NCBI GenBank assembly: GCA_964016885.1
Contig: OZ024743.1
Span: forward strand, 73,036,001 to 73,100,000
DNA from: Eledone cirrhosa
Lineage: Eukaryota
Length of the DNA: 64,000 nucleotides
Direction: 5' to 3'
Below the pieces are notes generated by a model, which saw nothing but the letters and a program-made list of their open reading frames with translations, searched no databases and was not told the DNA's origin. How positions within the stretch are numbered: the first letter of the stretch is position 1; every line of letters starts with the position of its first letter. A program made the position numbers and the translations under genes. This document shows positions 1 through 12,239 of this stretch, piece by piece.

Positions 1-112
1 CTTTACATTTTGGATGTTTTGTTGAGGAATGGCGTGGCAGCCGCTTAAATATTCGAAAATACCACCTTTTCGCTCAAATTTCCGCCTTTTCACCTCTAGC
101 TCACACATTTTT

Positions 113-666
113 CATCGTTCCTTTGTCAGTGTTGAACAAAAGGGCAACGATGGTTGCCGAACGCTGTACGGCTTAATTCGGGCTGTTTGTTTACAAACAA
201 ACAGAACATTATAATAAATGTTCGGTAAACCCATACGTACGTATATATGTGAGCATATAGGTATGTATATACATACTGCTGTACGTCTGTATACATATAT
301 GTATGTACGTACACATACTTAGATTTAAGTATCAGCCGTACTAAGAGTGAGATATGAAATTTCATTTTTTCATTTTTTCCATTTATAGTTTTCGGAGCGC
401 CTGGCCGACTAATTCACTCGATATGCAAATTAGGCTGCTCAGCTGTTAATATGCATAAGGAAAGTATATACTTTCAAACGTTAACTCATCTGACAGGACG
501 GTAAACGATGCTGATGACAGCTAAGAAGCTCGAAACTAGTTCATCGTTTCCTCTGCCAGTGTTGAACAAAATGGCAACGATGGTTGCTGAACACTGTATG
601 GCTTAATTCAAACTGTTTGTTTACAAACAAACCGAACATTATAAAAAAAGTTCGGTAAACACATAC

Positions 667-743
<77 letters not shown>

Positions 744-812
744 CATGTATGTATGTATATACATACTGCTGTACGTCTGTATACATATATGTGTGTACGT
801 ATACATACTTAC

Positions 813-816
<4 letters not shown>
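113..816 (+). mobile_element. ORF-less partial tandem (about 1.5-mer, 429-nt monomer) carrying a hammerhead; retrozyme / mini-Penelope candidate
   Basis: 113-326 is repeated at 542-816 (catcgtt..cagtgttgaacaaaa..ggcaacgatggttgc..tttgtttacaaacaaac..acatactgctgtacgtctgtatacat); the second copy is expanded by (TA)n and ends in (TA)n. An HHR spans the junction at 503-549. Confidence 0.7.
503..549 (+). ncRNA. Minimal type-I hammerhead ribozyme
   Basis: aaacgatg-CTGATGA-c-agct-aaga-agct-c-GAAA-ctag-TT-catcgttt. Stem I is 8 bp, stem II is agct/agct with a C-C mismatch at its base, stem III is the palindrome ACTAGT, and the triplet is GUU. Confidence 0.8.
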
Positions 817-866
<50 letters not shown>

Positions 867-883
867 ATGTGTGTGTGTGTGTA

Positions 884-918
<35 letters not shown>

Positions 919-929
919 GTATGTATATT

Positions 930-1313
930 TATGAAATTAACAGATTAAAGTTTAAGCAAAGAATCACTGCTTTCACCCTTAACGGGATATTCTGAAACTA
1001 AAAAAATCAATCTGTGAACGCAGAAGTATATATTTCGAAACCAATGTAGAATTATTCAGATGTTGTTTCTGCATGATGAATATAAGTCAATAGAGTACTC
1101 AACCGAGGGAGTAAAATAATAATAATAATAAATTTGAAGACTAAAATCAAACGAAGACTCGATAAGGATAAATATATATCAAATATATAAAAACAATAGA
1201 GGAAATATTTATTAAAATAACAGATTAAAGTTTAAGCAAAGAATCGCTTCTCTGACCCTTAACAGGATCTTCTGAAAATAAGAAGTCAAACTGTAAACGC
1301 AGAAGTAAGTATG

Positions 1314-1367
<54 letters not shown>

Positions 1368-1475
1368 CATATTTACTTCTGCGTCCAGAGATTGATTTTG
1401 TTTTCAGAAGATCCCGTTAAGGGTCAGAGAAGCGATTCTTTGCTTAAACTTTAATCTGTTATTTTAATAAATATT
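930..1475. repeat. About 100-bp pLTR-like repeat, two direct copies and one inverted copy around (TA)n; a further copy at about 2088-2185
   Basis: taacagattaaagtttaagcaaagaatc...cccttaac.gga..ttctgaaa...ctgt.aacgcagaagta at about 930-1028 and 1210-1308, inverted at about 1372-1475. The minus strand reads a decayed HHR-like cagaaga-tccc-gttaa-gggt-gaaa. Confidence 0.7.
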
Positions 1476-1714
1476 TGGACTACGGTTCTTATATATGTTG
1501 CTCTTCGGTTCTTATATATACTGCTCTACGGTTCTTATATATATATATATATATATATATAAAGAAATACGATTTCGCTTCAAGCATAGCTTTATACAAT
1601 ATGTATACATATTTCGTATCTCCAAGGAAAAACGGTTTTAGGAAGCCGTAGCTATGCAAACACCGTGGGGCTAACGCCCTCTGGTGATGTCCAGCAGAAG
1701 CAAGGGGGACAACA

Positions 1715-1752
1715 GTCTATGCATTTAAGGCTTAACTGGCCTTCGTCAGGAC
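1715..1752 (-). ncRNA. Hammerhead motif with one core mutation
   Basis: Minus strand: gtc-CTGACGA-aggc-cagttaa-gcct-TAAA-tgca-TA-gac. GAAA is changed to TAAA; stem III is the palindrome ATGCAT. Confidence 0.6.
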
Positions 1753-1999
1753 GGTCCCTCCCACCGCTTGCGACTGCTGGACTAGAAGACAGCCGAGAAT
1801 ATATACATTTCTCGTCTGTGTAAATGAGGTGATTAATCTCATTTGCATATGAAATTAAATAATTAATCTCATTTGCATTTGCATATCTAGGCTAAATAGC
1901 GAGGCTTTTTATTCTGGAGATTTGACATCTGGTAAACAGGCGAAACTCCAGTGTAACAAGACTAATAGTTCAAGAATAATAAAATGAATACACACACAG

Positions 2000-2084
<85 letters not shown>

Positions 2085-2245
2085 TATTTATTAAAATAAC
2101 AGATAAAGTTTAAGCAAAGAATGGCTGCGTTCACCCTTAACGGCATCTTCTGAAACTAACAAAGTCAATCTGTAAACGCAGAAGTGGATATTTCAAAAAA
2201 CGTTGCAACTGGAGGCAGACAGGAAGACGATACTTTGATTCGTGG

Positions 2246-2512
2246 AAACGGTCCCTGGCAAAGAACGGCAAAAAACGAATATAATACGTCATTAATAGGA
2301 GCGGTAAAAAACAATTACACGCAAAGACAGGACCACGTTTATGATACGAAAGAAGTCGTAGACTAATGTTCTCTTAGGTGGTTCATGGAGACGTTCTCTG
2401 GCAATGAACGGAAAAAACGAAGATAATACGTCATATTTGGGTCGTGGAGAACAATTGCACGCAAAGACAAAACCACGTAAATGGTATAACTGAAGTCATA
2501 GACTAAAATTCT
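2246..2512. repeat. Two diverged tandem copies of about 140 bp
   Basis: ctggcaa.gaacgg.aaaaaacgaa.ataatacgtcat...aacaatt.cacgcaaagaca..accacgt...gaagtc.tagactaa appears twice. Confidence 0.7.
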
Positions 2513-3235
2513 AACTAGGAAACCGAATGATTCTCCGCTTCAGAGTTAAGAATAAATAAAATAAAATACAATACAGAGGTAAAGGAAATGAAATAAATAC
2601 ATACACGCGTCCAAATACGTACATACTCAAGCATACGTGAAAACACTCGCCATAGGTATACAAAACCGCGCACATATAAATATGAGTGTGTGAGGCATGT
2701 ATACAAATAAATAAATAATTAAATAAACGTATATAAATAAATAAATACGTATATAACAAGCGCACACATACCTACATGTAAATACACAAATGTTCGGAGA
2801 CGTACATCAACCAAAACAGGAAGTACACATACACACACCCAACATACGTACGAACCCGCATACTCACACAGACGCAAAACTGCCGTATACACATAACCAA
2901 AAGCAAATGTACCAGAATATATAAAAATATACGCCATAACATATACAATCAAATATACGTACGAGAAAGTATACGTGTCTTCACAAAACATACAGGTAAT
3001 ATATACTTACCTGTGCAAATAAGTAATGGTATAAACATAACATATACTTAGCTACCACATCAAGACGTAAAATATCCACGTATAGATCGTACTATCCGTT
3101 AGGGTATAACGTGGGGCTGTAATACAGGAAAGTTTTGTGCAATTTATTTTTACAAGCCGAAATTGCCTATATATATATATATATATTATTATTATTATAT
3201 ATATATATACATATATATATACACACATATGTACA

Positions 3236-3295
<60 letters not shown>

Positions 3296-3310
3296 CACAC
3301 ATATATATCT

Positions 3311-4240
3311 CAGTACCGGTTATATCTCAGCCCATGGAGTGCGCTGAGATATAACCGGTACTGGCATTGATAAATATGCTGGGTCCGTCAACCCTTATTA
3401 TTATTATCTCCTAACTAGCGGACTATTGAGAGTAAGTTGAACAATTTTTCACTTTTTATTGTGTTTTTATTTTGATATGCACTCTTTTTTCCTGCAATTA
3501 ATTTTGTCTCTCACTCTTTTAAGTTGTGAAATAGACTGATTATCTACGCACACGGCTGACACATTTCAGCTCGCTACTATATTGCTATATAATGGATGAT
3601 CGCATTTAAATTTCGTTAAAGGTTCTTGGCACTACCATTGTTGCCATCGCTTTCCTCTAGACATGAAACGAGTGCTACCATTCTATTTTATATCAATGTG
3701 AACTGCTATTTCTAATGGCCATCTTTTCACCCCTTGAAAATTTGTGTGTGAGACACGTTCGCTGAGAGCTTCTGATAGGAACGAAAAGATTGATTCTTTT
3801 TAGCTTCCCGTCCCCACGTAAAATTTGTAAATCGGTGGCTAGTTGAGAGATAGAGTCCTATCAGGTGCCAATTGTTAATAGTTTTACCGTGTCAGTCGTC
3901 GCAAACAGTCATGGCCGGCATAGACTGGTCTTAGGATTCTGTCGATCGATTGGATATTGATTAGGCGATACCCGCTGATGAAGACGCATTAGCTGATTGT
4001 ACATTGTTGCATAATATATGCAGACAGATGGTGCAGTGGACCTTACTGCTGCATTAGTGCTGCAGAAACTCGAGTCCGGGACCCTTATAGGCACCCGTTT
4101 TCAGTGTGTTGTGTTGAAGCAAATAACTTTGTGTATACTCTGGTAATGTATCTTACATTGCCCATGGAGTGCGCTGAGATGAAACTGGTACTGGCATTGA
4201 TAAATATGCTGGGTCCGTCAACCATTATTATTATTATTAT
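3311..4240 (+). mobile_element. ORF-less Penelope-type element: inverted stub + partial pLTR + full pLTR with HHR
   Basis: 3331-3407 is repeated at 4161-4240 (cccatggagtgcgctgagat.aa.c.ggtactggcattgataaatatgctgggtccgtcaacc + (TTA)n). 3311-3330 is an inverted copy of 3344-3363. HHR at 3971-4080. Confidence 0.65.
3971..4080 (+). ncRNA. Type-I hammerhead with long (about 80 nt) stem II region
   Basis: cccg-CTGATGA-[agacgcattag...ttagtgctgca]-GAAA-ctcgag-TC-cggg. Stem III is the palindrome ACTCGAGT and the triplet is GUC. Confidence 0.75.
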
Positions 4241-4390
4241 TGTTGTTATTACTCTTTGAGTCTCAGTCATTGATGTTAGTTAACTGGAAAGTTTGTTGAA
4301 ATGAATATCAAGCCACTACCTGCAGCCTCAGATATTCAGGACGTATCGGAGGGTCCTTGCCGTTCCCAGCAAGCATGCCTTTTGAAGCGT

Positions 4391-7133
4391 TTATTATTAT
4401 TATTATTATTATTATTAATAGAGTTGCATTTATCTTGCTTTATGTTCATACGAGTTATCACCAAGTCACAACCAGTGACCTCAAGAGACAACAAGGTCCG
4501 CCATCTTCAAGAAAGAACATACATATTCACACATGCATCTTTAGTGTTTAGACTTGTGATGTACTTATATTGACAGAATCTTCCTTAGTATATGGACAGT
4601 TCCCATTAGTACTATCTTTTGTATTTCTCCTATACGCGGGTTTCCTGCGATTTGCGATAAGTAATCATTAGACCCCTTAGGTATCATTCCCAGGGCGCCT
4701 ACAACCACTGGTATTGTTTTAGTTCTCAATTTCCACATTTTTCCAATTTCTATCTCCAGGTCCTTATACTTGCTCAATTTTTCAAATGTTTTTATAGATA
4801 CATTCTTGTCTATTGGAACAGACATATCAATTAGCAGGCATACCCTCTTTTGAAAGTCTTTCAATATTATATCAGGTCTGTTTGCATCTATTTTTCGGTC
4901 TGTTTGGATGCTAAAGTTCCACAAGATTGAGATGTGATCTTTTTCAAGTATGGGAGGTGGTTGATGCTCCCACCAATTCTTTTGATAGGGCAGGTCAAAA
5001 TGCTTACACATTATCCAATGTATGTATTGTGCAGCTCTGTCATGCCTGTTTAGGTATTCGGTTGGAGCTATCGGACTGCACATTGAAATTATATGGTCAA
5101 TGGTCTCTGGTTGTTTTTTGCATACTCGGCATAATGGGCTGCACCTATTTTTTATTATGTTGGCTTGGTAATTTTTTGTTGGCAGACACTGATCTTGTGC
5201 CGATATAATCAGTCCTTCAGTCTCCGATTTCAGTCCAGAGGATGCCAACCACTGATGGGTTAAGGTTTTGTCAACATCAGGATTGTTAGCTCGCTCTGGG
5301 TATTTTCCATACAGGGGCTTTTCTGGCCATTTCTTAGCCAGTTTCTGTAGCAGTTCTTTCTTTGCAGTTACTTTTACCTGCTTTGCTTTTTCTGTGTTTT
5401 CATTTCAGCAGTAAATGGGACTTCTAAAATTTGTAGTCCATTACTGTATCTTTGTGCATCTTTTGTAATGGAATATGATCTTTTGATGCTTTCGTGTTTC
5501 AAAACGAGTTTGATCATCCAATCATGTGATTCCCTTAGATATGTAGATAATCCAATTGTTGCAGTTTTCAACGCAATGTCTAACTGGATTAACCCACGTC
5601 CTCCTTCTTTCCTGGGGAGATATATTCTATCTATGTCTGCCTTAGGGTGAAGCATTCTGTGCATGGTTAAGAATTTTCGAATTTTTGTATCGAGCCTACG
5701 GATCTCTGTGCTTGACAAGTTGATGACATTGTAACTGTAGGTTACTACTGGTATGGCAAGCGTATTTATGGCATCGATCCTATTCCTTGCATTCAATTCC
5801 GTTCTTAAGATTGCTCTTACTCTGCGGTAACATTCCTTCCTTATCCTTTCCCTCATTGTCGAGTGCTTGATTCCGTCTCCTTCACAAACACCTAGATATT
5901 TGTAAGTTTTTTCTTGATCAAGTTCTCTTATCACGTTCCCCCGATCAAGATTAATGGCTGAACTCTTCAGCAGCTTTCCTCTGGTGAACGTTGCTTTGGC
6001 GCATTTATCTAGTCCAAACTCCATTTTAATGTCTTCACTGAACTGCTTCACAGTGGATAATAGCCCTTGCAATTGTTCATCATTTTTTGCAAATAGTCTC
6101 AGGTCATCGATGTAGAACAGGTGATTAATGGTTTTGTCATAGACTTTATATCCATGTTTTGTTTCATTGAGCATTTTACTTAATGGTATAAGTGCGATGC
6201 AGAATAAAAGCGGTGATAAAGAGTCACCCTGAAAAATTCCACAATTAATATTAACTTCTCCAGCTTCCAGTGATTTTGTTTCACTATTCAAAAGGAGTGT
6301 CGTTTTCCATGTCTTCATACTGAATGACAAAAACCTCCTGACAACGGGGGATATTTTGAAAATCTCTAAACATTTTTCAATCCAACTGTGTGGCAAACCA
6401 TCGAATGCTTTTTTATAATCTATCCAAGCAATCGATAGATTTTTGTGTCTATTATGACAATCTTCCAGTATCATTTTGTTAACCAGAAGCTGATCCTTAC
6501 AGCCATATGAGCCTCGTTTACACCCTTTCTGCTCAATGGGAAATAGGTCATTTGTTATCAGGTGGTCATATGTGTATTCAGTTAGGACTGATGTTAAAAT
6601 TTTATACATTGTGGTCAAGCAAGTTATCGGTCTGTAATTTTTGGGATTGTTTGTCTCATCATTCTTCGGAAGCAGGAATGTAATGCCGTTAACTAGCCAT
6701 GAAGGTATCTTTTCTGGCTCCTTAACTATTTCATTGTAAAGTTGGGCTAACAGCTCATGAGACTCTGTGAAGGCATTTATCCAAAAGTTTTGTATTTTGT
6801 CTTTTCCTGGGGATTTCCATTTGCTGGTTTTTCTTAGAGCCAAGCGCAACTGTTCAACTGTTATATTTTCCCATGTTTGTTCCTCAAGGTGAGCTGTATC
6901 TTTCATTTGTCTGTCTATCCATGGGGCATGTATGTTATGAACTTTTTCTTCGGCCCAGATCTTTTCCCAGAATTCTTGCACTTCCTCCTTGGGTGGTATT
7001 GATTTAGCAGTTATTGTTGACTTACCAATTTTTCTGTAGAAGTTTCTTTGGTTGTTTTTGAACATATTATTGTCCTTATAGAATCTAGATCGTTTTTCAA
7101 AGCGCCTTATACGCTGGATAGAACTTGTCATTC
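4391..7133 (-). mobile_element. 5'-truncated R4/Dong-clade non-LTR retrotransposon (RT + CCHC + RLE) ending in (TAA)n
   Basis: RT followed by a zinc knuckle and restriction-like endonuclease. The 3' UTR (about 4419-4564) runs into (TAA)n at 4391-4418, the known target type of Dong elements. Confidence 0.9.
4565..7131 (-). pseudogene. RT-RLE ORF with a single frameshift near 5390
   Basis: RT motifs KSPGKD, NYRPITCL, WIDYKKAFD, IFQGDSLSPLLF and HLFYIDDL. C-terminal CRVCKKQPETIDHIISMC, RHD, NRPDII..LIDMS..EKLSKY. The other frame (KAKQVKVTAKK...HQWLASSGLKSETEG) bridges the two track ORFs. Confidence 0.9.
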
Positions 7134-7284
7134 CGTATAGTCAACCTTGATGTAATATTAGAGGAGAGCACTCGACGCAATGCAACTCACCCGTCTTCGT
7201 TTGTGTAGTTGGTGGTGCGATTACGGAGTTAATTATTATAAAATAACAGGAGGCTGGACTGGTGTAATTCGTTAAAGATTGATC

Positions 7285-7342
7285 ATACCATGAACATTTC
7301 AATGACCGGGTTCAGTATGAATCAGGTGACATCATCAGGTAT
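7285..7342 (-). ncRNA. Hammerhead motif with non-permissive G17, in a pLTR-like segment abutting the Dong 5' end
   Basis: Minus strand: atac-CTGATGA-tgtcacc...ggtcatt-GAAA-tgttca-TG-gtat. Confidence 0.55.
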
Positions 7343-7785
7343 TCCGAAATGTATCCAACAAAGGAATATAATAATAGACACAATCCAAGGGGCTGAAAAG
7401 CAGAGAGAAATGCCCAAGACAAGAAGGCGGCCAAAAATTAGTAGTTGCTAGTCCGGGTGGCCGCCTTCAAGTGAGGAATCTATTTAATCTTGTCTTGTCG
7501 GTCTGGTCAAGGGGCCGTACGTTTGTAGTGTATGTTACTACTACCCCGTCATGGACAGATGCTAGCGGTGAGATCAGGTTACATATAAGAAGTTAGTCAG
7601 AAGTGCTAAAAAGTACTAATAAATAAATAAAAATATACAATATAGTGGACGGATGTAAGCTTTTTAATTGAAGTAAGAAATTACGATTAAATATTCAAAA
7701 TGTAAAATTTATGTTTAGAATTAAAAGATGTAATTTAAGATAAGATTAAAGGTTAGAAAAGTAAGATTTAGGTTTAAAATTGGGA

Positions 7786-8500
7786 GATTTAGTTAAAGAA
7801 TTTGCAGAAAGAAGTATTTATGAAAAGGTTAAATGTATTATTGATAGTCATAATAAGGTTTCAGGGTAGAATATAAAGTTAAAAATTAAAAAAGTAAGAT
7901 TAAGCCTAAATTTAAGAGGACCGTTCGGCAGTCAATAACCAGTGATGCGACGGGTTCCCAGCCCACCCAGGACCCAATGGCGTGTCAACCGTTCCGAGTA
8001 TTTTCGTCTACCGAAAGAAAGGGAATTTATTTTTCCAAGCACTCCAGGAGGGTTAACCGACTCAAGCGCCAGAGGTGCTAGTGGAAAGGCCATCACCGCC
8101 AGCTGATCATCGCGTATACCAAACGATTATTAGTTATTCAGATTAGTGGGGATTTAGTTGAAGAACTAGTAGAAGGGGGCATTTATGTAAAAGTTAAATA
8201 TACTTTTGATATTCATGATAAAATTTTAGGGTAGAATTTAAAGTTAAGATTAAAGATTAAGCTTAAAATTTAAGAGTACTGTTTGGCGGTCAATAACCGG
8301 CGACGCGACGGATTCCAAGCCCACCCTGGGCTCAAGGGCGTAACAACCGTTCCGAGTATTTTCGTTTACCGAAAGAAATGGAAATTTATTTTTCCAAATA
8401 CTCTTGGAAGGTTGACCGGCTCAAATGCTGGGCGTGCAGGCAGGACGGCCGTCATAGCCATCGGATCATCGCGTGTACCAAACGATTATTAGTTATTCAC
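7786..8500. repeat. Diverged tandem duplication, unit about 360 bp
   Basis: gatttagtt.aagaa...gggtagaat.taaagttaa...gtcaataacc...caaccgttccgagtattttcgt.taccgaaagaaa...gatcatcgcgt.taccaaacgattattagttattca occurs at about 7786-8140 and 8150-8500. Confidence 0.8.
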
Positions 8501-9111
8501 ACCCGTGGTGAGAAGTTTAAAAGTAGCAAAATCTGATGAAATAGGTAACGAGACTATATTCAATCCCAAGTTAGCCCGGGTTATTTGAATTTATATACAG
8601 TGTGAGCCCTGAGTGGGTAGGGGGAGTAATTAAAATAAACAGATATACAGGGTACAGAAAGTAATATTCTAGTGTTGTGTGCTAATTTTAGGTAACAGAT
8701 GAGTAAGGATAACTATATAAGGAGAATAAAATGCAGTCATACCCAGGGTGGTTATTATGAGATTAAAAATGAAAGTAAATAAGAAAATATCGAAGAAATC
8801 ATCATACAGAAGAAATACGCATCGCACAATATATTTAATGTGTTCAACCAACGGTTATTTCGTACATATAGTTCTCTAATTTAGCAGCTATTTATATATA
8901 TTTTTTTTTCTTTCTTAATATTTGTTTTGGTTTTGAAATTTTCAGTAGAAATGACTTTTTTCATTTTCACTAATTTTCGTTTCAGATAATATTGAAGAAG
9001 GTGTGTTTTATAATTGTAATTTATAAAATATAAACAAGAAAACATACATACATGTCATGTGTATATACAAACAATCATACACAGACACAAACACACACAT
9101 ATACATATTTA

Positions 9112-9171
<60 letters not shown>

Positions 9172-9217
9172 GTATGAATGTATACATACATGTCATGTAT
9201 ATACAAACAAACTTGCT

Positions 9218-9255
<38 letters not shown>

Positions 9256-9754
9256 ATCTTCATACGTGTATTTATATGAAGTTTGTATAGAAATATTGTG
9301 ATATGTTATGCAATTGTTTACATGTGCATAGAATTGTGTATGAATGATTCGACGTATATTCGTATAAAATACTAAAACATAATTTAAACATATATATGCT
9401 TAATGTGGATATAGTTAGTTTTTAATTGTAGGCTCATTGTATGTGTTTGCATGGTGTTGATTTTTTCTTCGTAGAGAAGGAAATATACATTATTTCATGT
9501 GATTCAAAGGGGAACCATGGAATAAATTAACGACACTTTTCTACACACAAATAGATTGATAGCAGTGAATATTAATAACAAATAGCAGCTCGAATTTAAC
9601 TCGAATGACCAGACTAATTTACAATACAGATAACGTATAATTACTCAGGACAAATTAAGAATAAATATATTTTAGACCTCCTAATATAAGCCATGTTGAG
9701 AATGGGTATTTAATACATATATAAATGTATATATATATACGTATATGTATGTTT

Positions 9755-9798
<44 letters not shown>

Positions 9799-9975
9799 AG
9801 TGGAAGTTTAGTAAAATCGAAGCTTTGGCTGCGGCCAAGCAAAGCCGACCTACAATAAGGAATGAGTAGCAAAGCACTCAATAAGGGTAGGTCCTTAGAG
9901 TAATAACATTACGTTTAAAAGCTTGACAACTTGAAAATTGCAGTAGGCAAAATCCAACCATACAATACCAAGAAC

Positions 9976-10058
<83 letters not shown>

Positions 10059-10162
10059 TTATTTATAGTTTGTTTATTAACCAAAGAATTTAAGGCATTT
10101 ATTAATTGACAATTGTATTATATTATATTATATATATATATATATGTGTGTGTGTGTGCGTG

Positions 10163-10212
<50 letters not shown>

Positions 10213-10503
10213 TGTCTGCGTTTGTGTATATATATTTATATACATATATATCTATATATTTATGTGTGTGTAAAACGTAAACGGAAATAACAAAGCAAAC
10301 GGCACATTACAATAAAAATAATATATTAGGTTAACGCCTGAAATCACAGGAAAAGTCAAAACGTTTCGGACACTAGCACTTCATCAGAAGATATAATAAG
10401 AAATAAAAGATGAAATAAAACTATATAGTGTGAAAAGAGGAAGAAACGGAAAAAATATCAGAAATCACACGTCCATATTCATTCAGCTACTATATATATG
10501 TAC

Positions 10504-10596
<93 letters not shown>

Positions 10597-11594
10597 GAGA
10601 AGAAAGAAGAATACTGCGTGGTTGCACATGTGTTACATATGATAAAAATAGTCCTTCGTCAGTGATTTTCCAACCATCATTGGTATTTCATCGCATTAAA
10701 AATCAGATATCTCAGGTTGGTGCGAGCAATAACTACAACAAGTTATTGGGACCAGTAAATCGCGTAAAGCGAGGGGGACAAGTGAACAACATAGAAGGAT
10801 AAAAGCAAATATATAAAGACATTTATAGAATAATTACAGGCCCCTCCCAATTGAACACACATATGAAATTACTCGATCGTTCCTCGCCCCTCCCTATTAT
10901 ATACACACACATATATACACTTATGTCATATTTCCACGATCCTCCCTATTATACATATACACAGATATATACAGTTGCAGTATAGTTCTATCTTCCTCCC
11001 TTTTATATATTTTCTTATAAACAGTTAGGGCATCGTTGCATATGTCAGCAAATAAATGTTCTAAAGTAAAATTTGATCGTTTTAACACTTTGTATATATA
11101 TTCATATATATATATATATTAAAAAGTGAGATTTTTTTACAAAATGAAAAAATACCGAGGTGTCTTACACAAGTGAAAGTATAAGGAAAAAAGATGAAAT
11201 CGAAAATGCAACTGGAGTTATTTTTCATAAAAATATATATTTATTTAGTTCCTTTACCGGTTTCATAGTTTTTGTGCTTTTCAAAAGTAGAATTGAGATG
11301 GAGGGTTTGTAGTTTTTCTCACATCTGGTTGGTGTTTGAATGTTACTTCGGTTTTATATGGAAAAAAGTGGCTCGAAATGCTAGGTTTTTAGAGAAGTAA
11401 ATTGGTTGGTTAGTGAATAAGTATAATAAATTTCGCGCCAGTCCGCGTTGCAAAGTTCTTATTACATTTGCCTTCAAAAAAAGGGGGGTGGGGGCTCAGG
11501 TTATTTTTTCATATATGAGTGAAGTTTGGTTGGTGATGCAGTCACGTGGACAAGTACATTAAATTTCGCGCCCGTATTTTGCAATTTTCTTTTT

Positions 11595-11905
<311 letters not shown>

Positions 11906-12100
11906 CATATTCTGCACCATAAGGGCAACGAGTGTTCATACAGCCTATCGCATACAGACGCTCTACGCATCCAACACCAACTGAGTTTTTCGAATATTAA
12001 TAATTGTTTCTACTTTTGGCACAAGGCCACCAATTATCTCAGTGCTTTATTTTATCGACCCCGTGAGGATGAAAGGCAAAGTTGACCTCGGCGGGTTATC

Positions 12101-12222
12101 AATAATAACATTCGATTCGTTTGCAATTATGCAAACAAGCCTCAATTTTATAGCCATGTCAGTAGAATGAACCCAAATTGAGGCGTGTTTGCATAATTGC
12201 AAACGAATCGAATGTTATTATT
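12101..12222. repeat. Near-perfect inverted repeat (about 46-bp arms) between a SINE stub and the Helitron fragment
   Basis: aataataacattcgattcgtttgcaattatgcaaaca.gcctcaattt pairs with aaattgaggc.tgtttgcataattgcaaacgaatcgaatgttattatt. Confidence 0.8.
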
Positions 12223-12239
12223 AATATTTGAAAAACTCA

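Noticed and set aside
8550-8575. ctgatgaaatagg motif
   Set aside because: No downstream GAAA or closing stem; probably chance.
10625-10790. HHR in the repeat shared with about 50750-50920
   Set aside because: CTGACGA/CTGATGA is present on minus, but GAAA and stem I could not be completed (GTAA/GATA), so it is not counted.
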